Made by a program: the position numbers and the translations under genes. A stretch of DNA of 64,000 nucleotides. Origin: Lama glama (taxonomy: Eukaryota). Position 1 is the stretch's first letter; each line of letters begins with the position of its first letter. Where the stretch lies: assembly GCA_028534125.1 (NCBI GenBank), contig CM052816.1, positions 88,724,001-88,788,000 of the forward strand. Direction: 5' to 3'. The notes beneath the pieces were generated by a model. That model was not told where the DNA came from, made no database searches, and worked only from the letters and a program-made list of their open reading frames with translations. Shown here piece by piece: positions 26,966-38,113 of this stretch.

Positions 26966-27148
26966 AAATTATTTAAATATGATTTAGTGGGTACAGTGTA
27001 TGTAAATTTAAGTAAAACAGAGTTTAACTGTCTTAATACCAGAATTTTAGAAATACTGTTTGTAAAACACTGTTTTGGGATGCAGATAACTGTAGATAAT
27101 TGGACATAGAGAAGAAAGATGTAGATGAGATGGAAAATATTTTTGAGG

Positions 27149-27593
27149 CGTATAATACAGGGTTTGTCTTTTTTTTTAATGCTGTCTTGACCCAGTTTGG
27201 AGGGGCTGACTAGAGGCTGGTCTTTCTTGAGCAGCCTATTAATTCCACACCCCAACAACTTCTCTTATACCAGCTCACACTCTGAGCCACTAGGCACCTG
27301 CTTTTATCTCCTCAGGGCCAGGCACCAAACAACAGGGTATAGCACCTATGCCCTGGAGCCCACAACATTATTCAAACTAGGCAACCCATGGGGAGCCCAG
27401 GTCAACCCCACTCCACTTGCCATACGTAAGTTGTCCCTCTGTTGCTCCATTTTGCCGTTACCCTGTCCCCAGGCACCATCTCTTGTGTAGCAGCCATCTA
27501 TCCTGAGCTGTAACATAGAGTTCAGCTTTTCATCTATGAGAGATCAGTGTGTTGTGCCCCACCATCAAAAGAACTTTTAAACCTTATAAAACA
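27149..27593 (+). mobile_element. ERVL solo LTR of the LTR53/MER54/MER73 group
   Basis: CCACACCCCAAC.ACTTC...CAGGGCCAGG.ACCA.ACAAC.GGG...ATTATTCAAACTAG...CCATCAAAAGAAC.TTTAAA.CTTATAAAACA. Confidence 0.75.
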
Positions 27594-28009
27594 AGGAAGT
27601 CAGTATGTCGGTGCATATATGTACACACATACATACACTCATTTTTTCCCTCAACATTTCTCTTCCAGTTCAAGTGTTCATTATCCCTATGCTGAACTGT
27701 TAACCATATCCTTCTACCCCAAACTACTCATCTGCTCATTCAAGATCCTTAAGTCTTTCTAATCACATTATTATGCCTCTCCTTAAAAACTCTTTGTTCA
27801 GGTGTACAAGCAGGTCTGAGTCTGGAGTCAGATGAGTTCTCTCATTCCTCTTACACGCACATCACCAGATCACAAGAATCTGTGCATTTGTAAAGCAGTC
27901 GGACAGTACACTTTCTACTGCCTGCATTACCGTGAGCATATACAGCTAGAAACTTCCTGGTCATTGTTCAAAAACTAATACGAATATATCCTCAGCTAAA
28001 ATGTAAAGC

Positions 28010-28215
28010 TTCCTCATCCATTACTGTAGCACTTTGCAGATACTACCATAATGTGACCTATGTATCATATTTATGTGGCTACATTTCTACCTCCCAACTA
28101 TAAATGGGCTTTCTAAGACTAACAGATACAGCTTATTTCCCCTATGTTTTCTTCCAATTATCTACCGCCTGGCAAGGCACTTACAATAATTTGTTTTGCT
28201 GAATTGAATTGAATA
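28010..28215 (+). mobile_element. L2 3' end
   Basis: GCCTGGCAAGGCACTTACAATAATTTGTTTTGCTGAATTGAATTGAAT tail. Confidence 0.55.
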
Positions 28216-31135
28216 GAACTACGCACATACATTAGTTAGTAAATACTGATTTGAGGATGAGATCACTTCCATTGAAAGTCTTTCTTAAATTAGAGGTTTT
28301 GGGAAAATTAATTAAAAGGAAAATAAGTAAGGTCTTCTCTCCCTCCCCCAACACAACACTGCCAATATACTAGAGGGATACCTGTCCTAATGCTCTGTGC
28401 GGCTCAGGAAGAGTTAAATATAGAAACACCAGAGACCTCTCAATGGGATTTAAGCCTAGAAACCATAAATTTAAGGACTTCTTTCAGGTAATACTTAACC
28501 TAAAGTTATTTTTTCCATTTAAAATCAGATTTATATTCCATACCCATCAGGAAAAAAAAAGTCTAAAGAAAAATGTGATTTCAGCAGTCTTTAGAAGAAT
28601 GGATTCATATTTGAAGAGAATCAAATCTTCAAAATCCTGCATTTTTATAAGTTTATTCAGTACGAGAGACAGAAAGTGCTAGATTAAGATAAATAGACAT
28701 GAATCCTTTATGCTTTGTAGAATGAACATTCTAGACTTTGCAGGTGGTATGAAAACTGCACAATTAAAAAAAAAGCTTTGAGATAAGGATTTTATCAATC
28801 ATATAATAATCTACAATATCAGCACAATTTCTGAGCGAGGGTGAGAGTACAACTGAGAATAATGAGTAAAAGATGATAGGGAGAATTTATAGATTTATTT
28901 TTTGCATGGCCAAAGAGGTCCCCAAATGTGTTAGTGAAAAAGAATTGGAATGTGGCTCCGTATTATTCTGTAATAATACAGGTGTGCGTATATCATTTAG
29001 TTATGAAGTTATATTGTATATGTATTTATGCATATACATTATGTATTTCAACTAATTACATGCAATTTGCTGTGAAGTGCGACTCAGTTTATCGATTTAT
29101 TAAATCCAAAGCGTTTATCATCTCCCTTCTTGAATTGTTAATGGAGGCATATGTCCCAGACTGAACTAAGTGACACTTGTGGACGTGAAGCTGGGACCTT
29201 TACAGAGGCGATCACATAAATGACAGCCGTGATCAGCATGCCTTCCTTATGTTGAAATCAGGTAATTCAAGTAAGATCTTTCACTTTAAGGCCAAATTTT
29301 GGCTTCTACATTCCTAAATATATTTCTGTTTATTAAAATTCTCACTCCAAATGTTAACCTTACTCATGCCTCCTTGTTATTTTTTCCAAATCCAAAATGA
29401 GAAATAAATACTGAGCAAGTAAACACTAACATAAATACTATTTATATTTAAAAATGATTGTGATATATACCCTGCTTCTACTTGTCCATATTTTTCATAA
29501 AACTAAAGACCTACGTTTCAGTGCAAATGTGACTTAGCACACATGAATAAGAAATGAACACATTAAAAATATGAAACTATATCTGCAAATAATGTTGTCC
29601 CCTTGCAGTTGCTCCGTATACACCAAAGCAATATATGAGCAGAGGCAGCATTGACCCAGCTCTCAGTAGGATACTTTCATTATTTGCAGCGAGAAAAGGA
29701 AAAATTAAGGCCATTTGTCAGTGGCTGAGATGAGACTCTAACATATTTGAATTACCATTTCTGGGCTTTTCCCACCATTTATTCTATAAAACACAAGCAT
29801 CTAGTTTGTAGAGACCCTATGCTAGAATTGTCTAATTATGAGTAACAGATGGCAGCTTGTGTGGTGGTTGGGACATAGAGTTACAGGAGCTTAATATTCT
29901 CTATTCATTCTTGGAGCTGATGAGTATTTGAGAGACTTTGCAGTTTACAAGTTTGCAAATAGATATAATGAATCATATTAATCAACAGCTTTTACTTTCA
30001 AGTTTATTCTACGAGTCATGAGATTTGGGTATCAGAAAATACTGAAAATATAATATATATATAATATGTATTAATTCAACACAATGCTTTTATGAGAAGT
30101 GATTGCTTATTATTTTCAAAATAACTAGACTAAGACAATATGAATTATACTATAGATTTAAAAAGAAGAAGAAACATTTCAAAACCTATTGTTAGTACAT
30201 GAAAGAAAATAATAATGCAAAAATGAAGGTTTCCTTTCAAAACGTGTAAAGATACGGTATGAAACATCTATTTAGTTGGGTTTTGTGCATGAAAATTAGT
30301 TGTTTATGTCCCTGGAATCAGTAAATTAACCTGCAATCTGCCTATGATACTAAGGAAAATAAAGTGTCTTATCTCACATCATGTCAAACCGTAATTATAT
30401 GAACATTTGCACACAGTTAATTTTGTTCGTAGTCACTTAGAAATACCTGCTGGGTAGGGATTATCATTGCATTCAGGATATGCCTGATTTGCCAAAAGGC
30501 CAGAAATATCACAGAGCATACTAAATTCTCTCAGCAACTAAAGTACATTTAGAAAGAGTGAAAATGAGGCATCTTCATCCTTTCAAGGAAAATATTAGCT
30601 GATTTTCAAGCACTTCATGTACATGAATTACTGCAACCAATTTAAATATAGAAAACATTTTCAGTTCACCTGATATTTGAGGGGTGCTACATACATAATT
30701 CTGTTGACAAAGGAAGACAGGAAATAATTGATATTCAAGCTGATTTACCTAATTTGCAAAGTGGACAAATCTATCAATGTATAATATAGAACTGCCACAA
30801 TTCCAGGCACTTGTTAGAGACTTAAGGAAATGTACCTACAAAAAAAGTTGGTTGGAGAGAATAGAATTTGAAGATCATTTGCTAAAAAACTATGTGTACC
30901 ATACATCTATGTCTTGAGACTTGTTACTTCTAAAAGGTTCTACATTCCCCTTGCAGTGACCAAATATTTTAGTGTAATGAAATCAGATTGTTTGGAGAGT
31001 CACACTTGCCAAAGGAAATGGGTTTTGCATGAATAATATAAGGAATACTAAGGACAGTATTTCTTGCATCACTGTGACCCCGCTGAAATCACATTTGAAA
31101 AGGATTTTTTCCTCTGTTTTGATAAAGTTCCTCCT

Positions 31136-31675
31136 TGTTGTAGACAGAATGGCCCCTCCCTAATGCCAGGAACCATGAATGCATTGTATTACTTGAAAAG
31201 AGGAACTTTGCAATCTAATGTAGGTCGAGGATCTTATAAAATTAACCTGGAATAAATGTTTAGGCCCAGTCTAATCACAGAGATTCTTCAAACCAGAGAA
31301 CAACATTCAGCTGGAGCAAAAGAAATTTGGCAGATGAGAAGTTAAAGAGACTTAAAGCATGAAAAGGACAAAACATCCCATTGGTTTGAAACAGCCAGGA
31401 ATGCAGGTGGTTGTAAGAAACTGAGAGTTCCCTGGATAATAAACAGCAAGATCTCAGCCAGAAAAAGCTGCAAGAATTCTGCAAACAACCTGAATGATCT
31501 TGGAAGCAAATTTGTTTTTGAGCCCAAGCCAGCCAAGATCTTAACTGGCCTTGTGAAACCTGCAAACAGTCAGTCCACTAGGATTTCTGACTACCGAGCT
31601 GTGAGTTAACATATTTGTGTTTTAAACAACTAAGTTGGTGGCAATTTGCTACAACAGCAATAGCAAACTAATATA
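31136..31675 (+). mobile_element. MaLR solo LTR, MLT1E-like
   Basis: GACAGAATGGCCCC...CCTAATGCCAGGAACC.TGAAT...GAATTCTGCAAACAACCTGAATGA.CTTGGAAGC...CAGCAATAGCAAACTAATATA. Confidence 0.8.
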
Positions 31676-31904
31676 CTCACCCACAAAAAAATAATGTACT
31701 TTCTATTTTGCATGACAAGAGCAACATGACCCATTATAGTCTCTCGCTGGCTGTAAAGATGCTATCGGCTAATTTTAAATTTTATTATTGAAGACCCTTA
31801 TCTCTAGCATAGTTGTCTTTTTCTTTTCATGTATCCTAATTTCCCCCTAATCTTTAACAATGTAATCATCATTATGTTTTTATCAAATTCTTAAAAATTT
31901 GTGT

Positions 31905-32382
31905 TGTGAACGAAAAATACTGCAAACCATATCAGTAAACAAAGAATGCTGAAGCCATCAAGTCATCAGCGGCTGCCCCACACCCCAGGGAAGACAAGCC
32001 TGCAGCCCGGCCTCTGCAGCCACTCACAATGCTGCACCCTGAGGGGACTCAGAATAAGAAAGGACAGGATACTGGCCCTAGATAGCTGGGTGCTTGTCAA
32101 AGGAATGAATTCAATGAGCCTAAATGTTTGCCTCCTCCCATACATAGAAAAGCACTAAATTCTTTGACTTGAGATGCCTGGTTTTCTTTAGTTAACAAGT
32201 AATCTTTTAATGTTCCAACTACCTGGTCTTTGTTGTAAAGCTCCTATACGTCCTAGCTCCTCCCCTACCTCTCCGGAGCCGTCCCTCGGAGCGATCTGAG
32301 AGGCTGTCATCCAGGCTGGGGTCCTCCCGCCAAATAAACCGTAGCTCTCAGCTTTTAGGCTGTGTGTTTATTTCAGTCAACA
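31905..32382 (+). mobile_element. Relatively young ERV1-class solo LTR (478 bp) with perfect 4-bp TSD GTGT
   Basis: TGTGAA...TCAACA termini; GTGT at 31901-31904 and 32383-32386; AATAAA at 32333-32338; retained CpGs. Confidence 0.9.
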
Positions 32383-33164
32383 GTGTTGAGCTAGAATCTT
32401 GTTTAGAAATAAGTGTAATATAAATATAAAGAAATAAAATTAACTTTATGTCTATATTTATTAGTAATTTCTTTCATTGTGAAATATTTAAATAAGAGCT
32501 ACAGGAATACACAAAATGCAAGATGAGGTAAATTAGGATTGGTTGTGATGGACGTCAGTGTTGTTTTACAACCAATATCGATTTCCTCTTCCTTTAAAAA
32601 CAGCAACCTTTTCTTGGGTTTCGCGCCTCCTGCATTTCATGGAATCTTGGTAGTAGTGTCATAACATGTTTCTTATTACTTTAGTGACCAGAACATTCTC
32701 TCAGCTTTCTGGGGCATAACTAGTAGATTCTCTATTCTTACATAATTAATCCATTTTAGTATCTCGAGGTTGGTGGACCTCCTGAACCCATCCTCAGTAC
32801 TCAGCCAAGGTTGTTCTGGCATCTCCACTTAATTTACTGTTTAACCACTGATTTTTCCAGGCTTTGCTAAAAACAAAATTGCACTGGAAAAAAGTTAAAC
32901 AGATATAGAAGACTTTACTCAAGGCTATGCAATAGAGGACAGAGTGGAGAATTCAGTCTGAACTCAACTCCACTGAAACAAAGGGAGGGAGAGATTTTAA
33001 GATGAGGAAGTAAGGTGGGGAATCTTAGGCCGCTTGTGTTTGCTAATTGCAAAGGATCCCCTTGTATCTTAATGACAGGAGGTAGTTTCATGTCTTGAAG
33101 TAAGGTGCCCACTGCAGGAAGTTAGGTTTCTACCCTCCCATAGTGTCTAGGGAAAAGGGGCATT

Positions 33165-33285
33165 CTGTACAAGTACAAACATTAAAATAACTACGATCTA
33201 TTGAACAGCAGGGAGACTACTGTTAATAGCACATCTGCATATTTAAATGTTGCTAAGAGAGTAAACCGTAAAAATTAAATAAAAA
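33165..33285 (+). mobile_element. Short L1 3' UTR fragment with A-rich tail and about 12-bp TSD
   Basis: GATCTATTGAACAGCAGGGAGACTACTGTTAATA...TTGCTAAGAGAGTA (L1MA/MB 3' UTR), flanked by AAAAGGGGCATT and GAAAGGAGCATT. Confidence 0.7.
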
Positions 33286-33496
33286 GAAAGGAGCATTATC
33301 ATCCTTGATGATTACATGGCAAAGAGATGGCTCCCAGGTCCTTGAAAAAGGCAGTCCTCAATTAGAAGCTTTTAAAAAGATTTACATCTCAAAGGGTCAC
33401 AGAATGAGTTTTCAACCAGGAAATGCTCTAAGAAAAGGGAGGTCAGGGACCTATTAGTAGGGAGAATCCCATCTAATACTGAGCCAAGATGAGGGG

Positions 33497-34048
33497 TTAT
33501 TATTTCTAAGTATTTTATTCTTTTTGATGCTATTGTAAATAGAATTGTTTTCTTAATCTCTTTTTTAAATAGTTCATTGTTTATGCATAGAAACACAATT
33601 GATTTTTATGTTGACTTTGTGTTCTGCAACTTTAATGAAGTTGTTCATTAGTTCTAACAGTCTTTGTTTGTTGGAGGAGTCTTGGAGATTTTCAACATAC
33701 AAGATCATGGCATCTGCAAACAGATAATTTTACTTCTTTTTCAATTTGGATACCTTACTTTCTCTCTCTCTGTTTGTTTGTTTTTTTTTTTTATTTTTGA
33801 CTAATTGTTCCAGCTAGGACTTCCATACAATGTTGAAAAGAAGTGGTGGTGAGATTGAGCATCCTGGGTTTTTTTCCAGATTTTAGAGAAAAATCTTTCA
33901 TTTTCTTCATTATTGAATAAGATTATAATTGTGAGCTTTTCAAATATGACCTTTATTGGATTGAGGTTAAGTTCCTTCTACACCTAATTTATTGAGAGTT
34001 TTTATTATGAAAGATGTTGAATTTTGTCAAACACTTTCTCTACATCTA
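33497..34048 (-). mobile_element. L1 ORF2 RT-region fragment (inverted arm)
   Basis: Minus-strand translation includes EIKKTILFTIASKRIKYLEI and LSVCRCHDL, in the region of the FADD motif. Ends at TTTTGTCAAACACTTTCTCTACATCTA (IDAEKAFDK region). Confidence 0.9.
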
Positions 34049-34287
34049 AATGTCTTATCACCACATAAATAATATAATAATAATAATAATAATAATAATA
34101 TTAATAATAAAGAGGGCACGAGGAAACTTTTGGAAGTGAGAGTTATATTTATGGTATAAATTATGGTGACATTTTCATGGAAATAAAATTATCTCCGAAC
34201 TTGTCAAGTTGTATTCATTAAATATGTACAACTTTTTGTAAGGCAATCATACCTGAATAAAATGGTTTACAAAAAAATAAAAACAAA
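34049..34287 (+). mobile_element. L1MB1/2-like 3' end with (AAT)n tract and A-rich tail
   Basis: GAGGGCACGAGGAAACTTTTGGAAGTGA...TCAAGTTGTATTCATTAAATATGTACA.CTTTTTGTA...ATCATACCTGAATAAA then A-rich tail. Confidence 0.85.
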
Positions 34288-34530
34288 TATGAAGGACATG
34301 TTAACACAGTCTCGGTCAACCTCAGTACTGTAGAATCAGCTCCTTAAGAACATGTGGAATCCTGAATCATGAGAGAGTTTCCCTAACGTCAATAAACTCT
34401 CTCCTCATCAGCAGAAAATTTCTTTTTCACTTCATGCATCCAGGATACTCATGATCCATTTGCAGACGTGCTCCTGGTGCCTATAGGGATATATCCAGAT
34501 TCTGCAACTCCTTTGGTAAATAATTCCTTT

Positions 34531-34950
34531 TATTGACCTAAAACAAATAGCCTATCAGTTATTTTTCTGGCAAAAAAAAAAATGTGTTTATTCAGGATCA
34601 ACAAAGAATTGCAATTCAGGGTCTGTAACCATGGCAAGCCACTTGCAAGTCCTGTGTACCAAGGAGAGGAGGACTCTGAGAGGACTCATTTGCAAGGGAA
34701 AAGGAAGTTGGGAGGGCTATAGCAAAGAAACAGTCCACTGGAGGAACTGAGAGTTTGAAATTCAGTTGCTTTTCCATTGACAGAACTGTGAAGTCTCTCA
34801 TTGGTTGAGCTCTTGCCGGCAGCAAAGGAATTATTTTTCTTCTTGTTGGGCTCTGTTATCATTATAGGGTATGAGAGCTCCCAGTTTTGGTCTCCTGACT
34901 CTATGTTGATTGATGTTTCTATTTATTCACTTGTATACTTTCTTCCTACA
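34531..34950 (-). mobile_element. ERV LTR, copy B (same family as 25496-25855)
   Basis: Colinear with copy A through ...GAGAGCTCCC....TGG.CTCCTGACTCT and extends further. Confidence 0.8.
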
Positions 34951-35012
34951 GCGACGTCAATACTTACGGAGCCAAGTAGAGACTTGTTTTGGTGTAGGAT
35001 AATATAATGTAG

Positions 35013-35180
35013 AGTGTTTTCCTTGAATTGCAGTGTCATCATCTGTAAGCTTTTGAAAATACACATTTATAACTCATTGTGACGTATCAAATCAGAATTT
35101 CTAGGGATGGGGCCTGAGACATTTAATTTTAACGCTCTGACCAGATGATTTGTATGCATGTTACAGTTAGAGAACCACAA
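35013..35180. mobile_element. MER5B-like hAT DNA transposon
   Basis: AAATCAGAATTTCTAGGGATGGGGCCTGAG...CAGATGATTTGTATGCA...TTAGAGAACCAC. Confidence 0.65.
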
Positions 35181-35829
35181 GACTAATACTGAGGAAGGCA
35201 AACATCCTTGAGTAATGCATCTACTTCAGATGAGATCTTTGCATCTTTTCCAGATAGTGGAAAGCCTCTGTTCTATAGGAAGTGGCAGGGATCACTTCTG
35301 TTGCCCGGAGGGTCAAACATTATCTGTGGGTTCAAATTTCTAAGAGCATCTTACCAGTTGTTCCAGCCTCAGGTCTCAGGAGCTCACCTTTTCCCTGTAA
35401 CAGTGAACATTTTAGCATAAAATGATCCCCAGGGCTGAAAATTAATCCACTGTCATAAGTGACTAATTTGTCAGGGGAAAGCTCTTTAAATAAGTCATCA
35501 GCATTCTCTGACTTGATAGTTGACCTACTTTTTTTTTTTTTGTCTTTTAGGGCTTGGATTTCAGTTAAGATCTTCCAGTGACCCCATCACTCTGTATGAT
35601 TGCCATTTTCCAATATTTCTCAAACACTCGAGTGATTGTACAGCCAAGTATGAACCTTTCTACCTTAATTCCATCTGAATCCACAACACGTTAGGCTCTG
35701 AGCACTTCAGATGCTCACTGGGCTCAGAGTACTTGCTCCCCAACTTCTCACCAGCAATGGCCAGAGGGTGACCTAGTACCAGAATCACAAGGTAAGGATG
35801 TTTGCTAGGAATTCACCTCCAATATCAGC

Positions 35830-35940
35830 TATCTTTGCTTGGGTTTCCCCCAAATCAACGCTGAGAAAAGCATTCAAGTACAAGTAGTTTATTGGGAGAT
35901 AATTTAAGAAATCATAATAGTTGCTGTGGGAAAGTTAGAC
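35830..35940 (-). mobile_element. LTR16/LTR33-like ERVL LTR end fragment
   Basis: TTGGGTTTCCCC...CTGAGAAAAGCATTCAAGTACAAGTAGTTTATTGGGAGA. Confidence 0.5.
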
Positions 35941-36019
35941 TGCTAATAAATACAGATACCTACATTAGACAGATTGAATTTTTATTGTCTTTTTAATTAG
36001 TTCTTTTCCTCTGTAAGAT

Positions 36020-36370
36020 AAGAAAACATTTTTCTCTGGGCCAGTTGAGGGGAGGGTATAGCTCAGTAGTAGAGTGCATGTTTAGCATGCATGAGGTCCT
36101 AGGTTCAATCCCCAGTACCTCCATTAAAAAATAAATAAACTTAATTACCTGCCCCCCCGAAAAAAAAGAATCTGTAAAGGGCCAGTTAGTGAATATTTTC
36201 GGCTTTTCAGGCCAAAGGATCTCTGTCACAACTACCTGTCATTGTGGGACAAAAACAGTCATGGATAATGTGTTACTGAATGAGCATGGATGTGTTTCAA
36301 TCAAGTATTATTCACAAAAACACAGTGGGACGGATTTGGCCCAGAAGCCATACTTTGCCAACTTCTGCTC
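36020..36370. mobile_element. MER58A hAT-Charlie DNA transposon, interrupted by a SINE
   Basis: TCTGTAAAGGGCCAG.TAGT.AATATTTT.GGCTTT.CAGGCCA...TCTCTGTCACAACTAC...GGATTTGGCCCA.AAGCC.TA.TTTGCCAAC. Confidence 0.85.
36047..36170 (+). mobile_element. tRNA-Ala-derived SINE, camelid Vic-1 type
   Basis: GGGGAGGGTATAGCTCAGTAGTAGAG (A box)...TTAGCATGCATGAGGTCCTAGGTTCAATCCCC (B box) AGTACCTCCA, then A/T-rich linker, C run and A tail. GGGCCAGTT duplicated at 36038-36046 and 36179-36187. Confidence 0.9.
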
Positions 36371-38113
36371 TCTATTGTGAAGTACTTGAGGACAAGGCAT
36401 ATGAATTTTTATCAATATAATCTAAGTAACTGGCCAAGGCTGTGCATGTAGAAATATAGAGAGTAAATGAATGAAAAATTTAGTATGTTTATAGATAATA
36501 TAGATGATGACATTGAGGTGATCTTTCCCCTTCCCTTGTTTGGTGAAGTAGAAAATGTGTTTGCATTTTAAAGCTCTAAGCTTGAAACTAAATCTCAAGA
36601 TTGAATCATGCATAATTATCTTTAAAGCATGGTAGCGACACACCACCCTAACAAGCAGGCAGTAACCTAATTTACTTTATTGCCTCTTATAAAGAAGCAG
36701 TATTTCCCTCAGTAAGTCAGTTGTAAGGAAATCACACGTAGACGAAGCAGAGAGAGAGCTGAACTCTGACTGATTAGCACAAACCCCTCGGAGACAGGAA
36801 GGTGGAGCTGTGAGGAGTTAACCTCACTGCCCCTTGGCAGGCAGAACCCCAGTGCACAAAGCTTCCCTAAGGGATCACAACTTCTTTTCTAAATATTTTA
36901 CCTAATCCCCCCGTGCTTTTGTCCTACTTTTTGTTGAAAATACATGTATAAAATGTATTATGATCCCATCTACACGAAGTTCAGCTACATGTAAAACTAA
37001 TCATCGTATTGATAAGGACACAGCCTTGGACAGTAGATTTATAAAGAAAACCTAATTTATAAAGAAAATTCTGCCTGTAGTAGGTAAGAGAATGATTAGA
37101 AGGAGGCTTCAAAGGAGAGTGTCCTCAGTTATTAGGCAGGACAGCGTGTGCACAGGCATTCCTCATATTGTTAGCACCTTCCGCATCTGTTACAAATGTT
37201 GCTTTCCAGGCAATTTCTGTATTATGAGAAAAGCATTTCCCAAAGGATTTGTATATCTTGCCTTCTTGGAAGTCTTTCTGAGTGATGTGGAATTCCTTTC
37301 AAAACTTACCAAATAATTCTCAGTGTTAGAATGAAGCATTTTTATGCCTGCAGTACCATCATTCTTAGGTATTAGATAAATTAAGAGAATTAAATGAAAT
37401 TTTTTTCTCCAAATGTATAGGATATCAGTTTTAGATCTAGATTTTAGCTTTTTTCAGTGTTCTTAATTTTAACAATGTTATCACGTGTAAATTCTCCGTC
37501 AGTACCTACTTGTAGCATCACATATAGAAAAGGAAGCAGACAACAAAATTAAAAGCTCAAACATTTTAAATTTACAACTTTTTGACTTATTTCATGTTGC
37601 AAATTATGTTACCCTGTTCATTATTTAAGTAATATAAAACATCAGCCTCTCCTTGGTGAAATGTTCTTTATAGTAATTTAAAGAATAACTGCATAGTCTT
37701 GTGCTATATATATTCTCTTTTGCAGTAAAAAATGGCATTGAGCATAATTATAAGAATTAATGACCTTGCATTAGTGTAGCCTTAAATCAAGCAAAGCCTG
37801 TAAATTATTTTAATTGCAGCATCCAGTTAAAATATTTTGGTCAATGAGCCTTTACAAATTGTATTAAAATATGCAAAAATAATTTTGCTGTGATATATAT
37901 CACGCTAACACACATTTATGATGACCAGTGTTAAAGACAACTTTCCTTTCAATCTTTTCATCTAGCATCATGCATTTATTTTTCACTTGGAATCTGTGAA
38001 GACAGCCTAACCTCAGACTCTCTTAGCACTGAAGAGATTAAAACATTGTTAACTAGTCTTCCTTGGAAACCTAACAAGTTCTCCAGTTACTAGGTTAAAC
38101 CAGCCTCTCTGCC

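Larger units (their letters stand above)
32865..34318 (-). mobile_element. MER31-like ERV1 solo LTR, interrupted by two L1-derived insertions
   Basis: Reverse strand reads TGACCGAG...CCCTGACCTCCCTTTTCTTAGAGCATTT...CCCTTTGAGATGTAAATC...CAAGGACCTGGGAGCCATC, as in the recalled MER31 consensus. The LTR resumes after each insertion. Confidence 0.75.

Noticed and set aside
25496..34950. Full-length provirus between the two homologous LTRs
   Set aside because: No gag/pol/env remnants, PBS or shared outer TSD seen; the interior consists of older host repeats.
36050..36123. tRNA-Ala gene
   Set aside because: Followed by a SINE linker and A tail, flanked by a TSD, and carrying stem mismatches. It is a SINE head rather than a tRNA gene.
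35993..36229. 78-aa ORF containing MEVLGIEPRTSCML
   Set aside because: Antisense reading of the SINE plus MER58A sequence.
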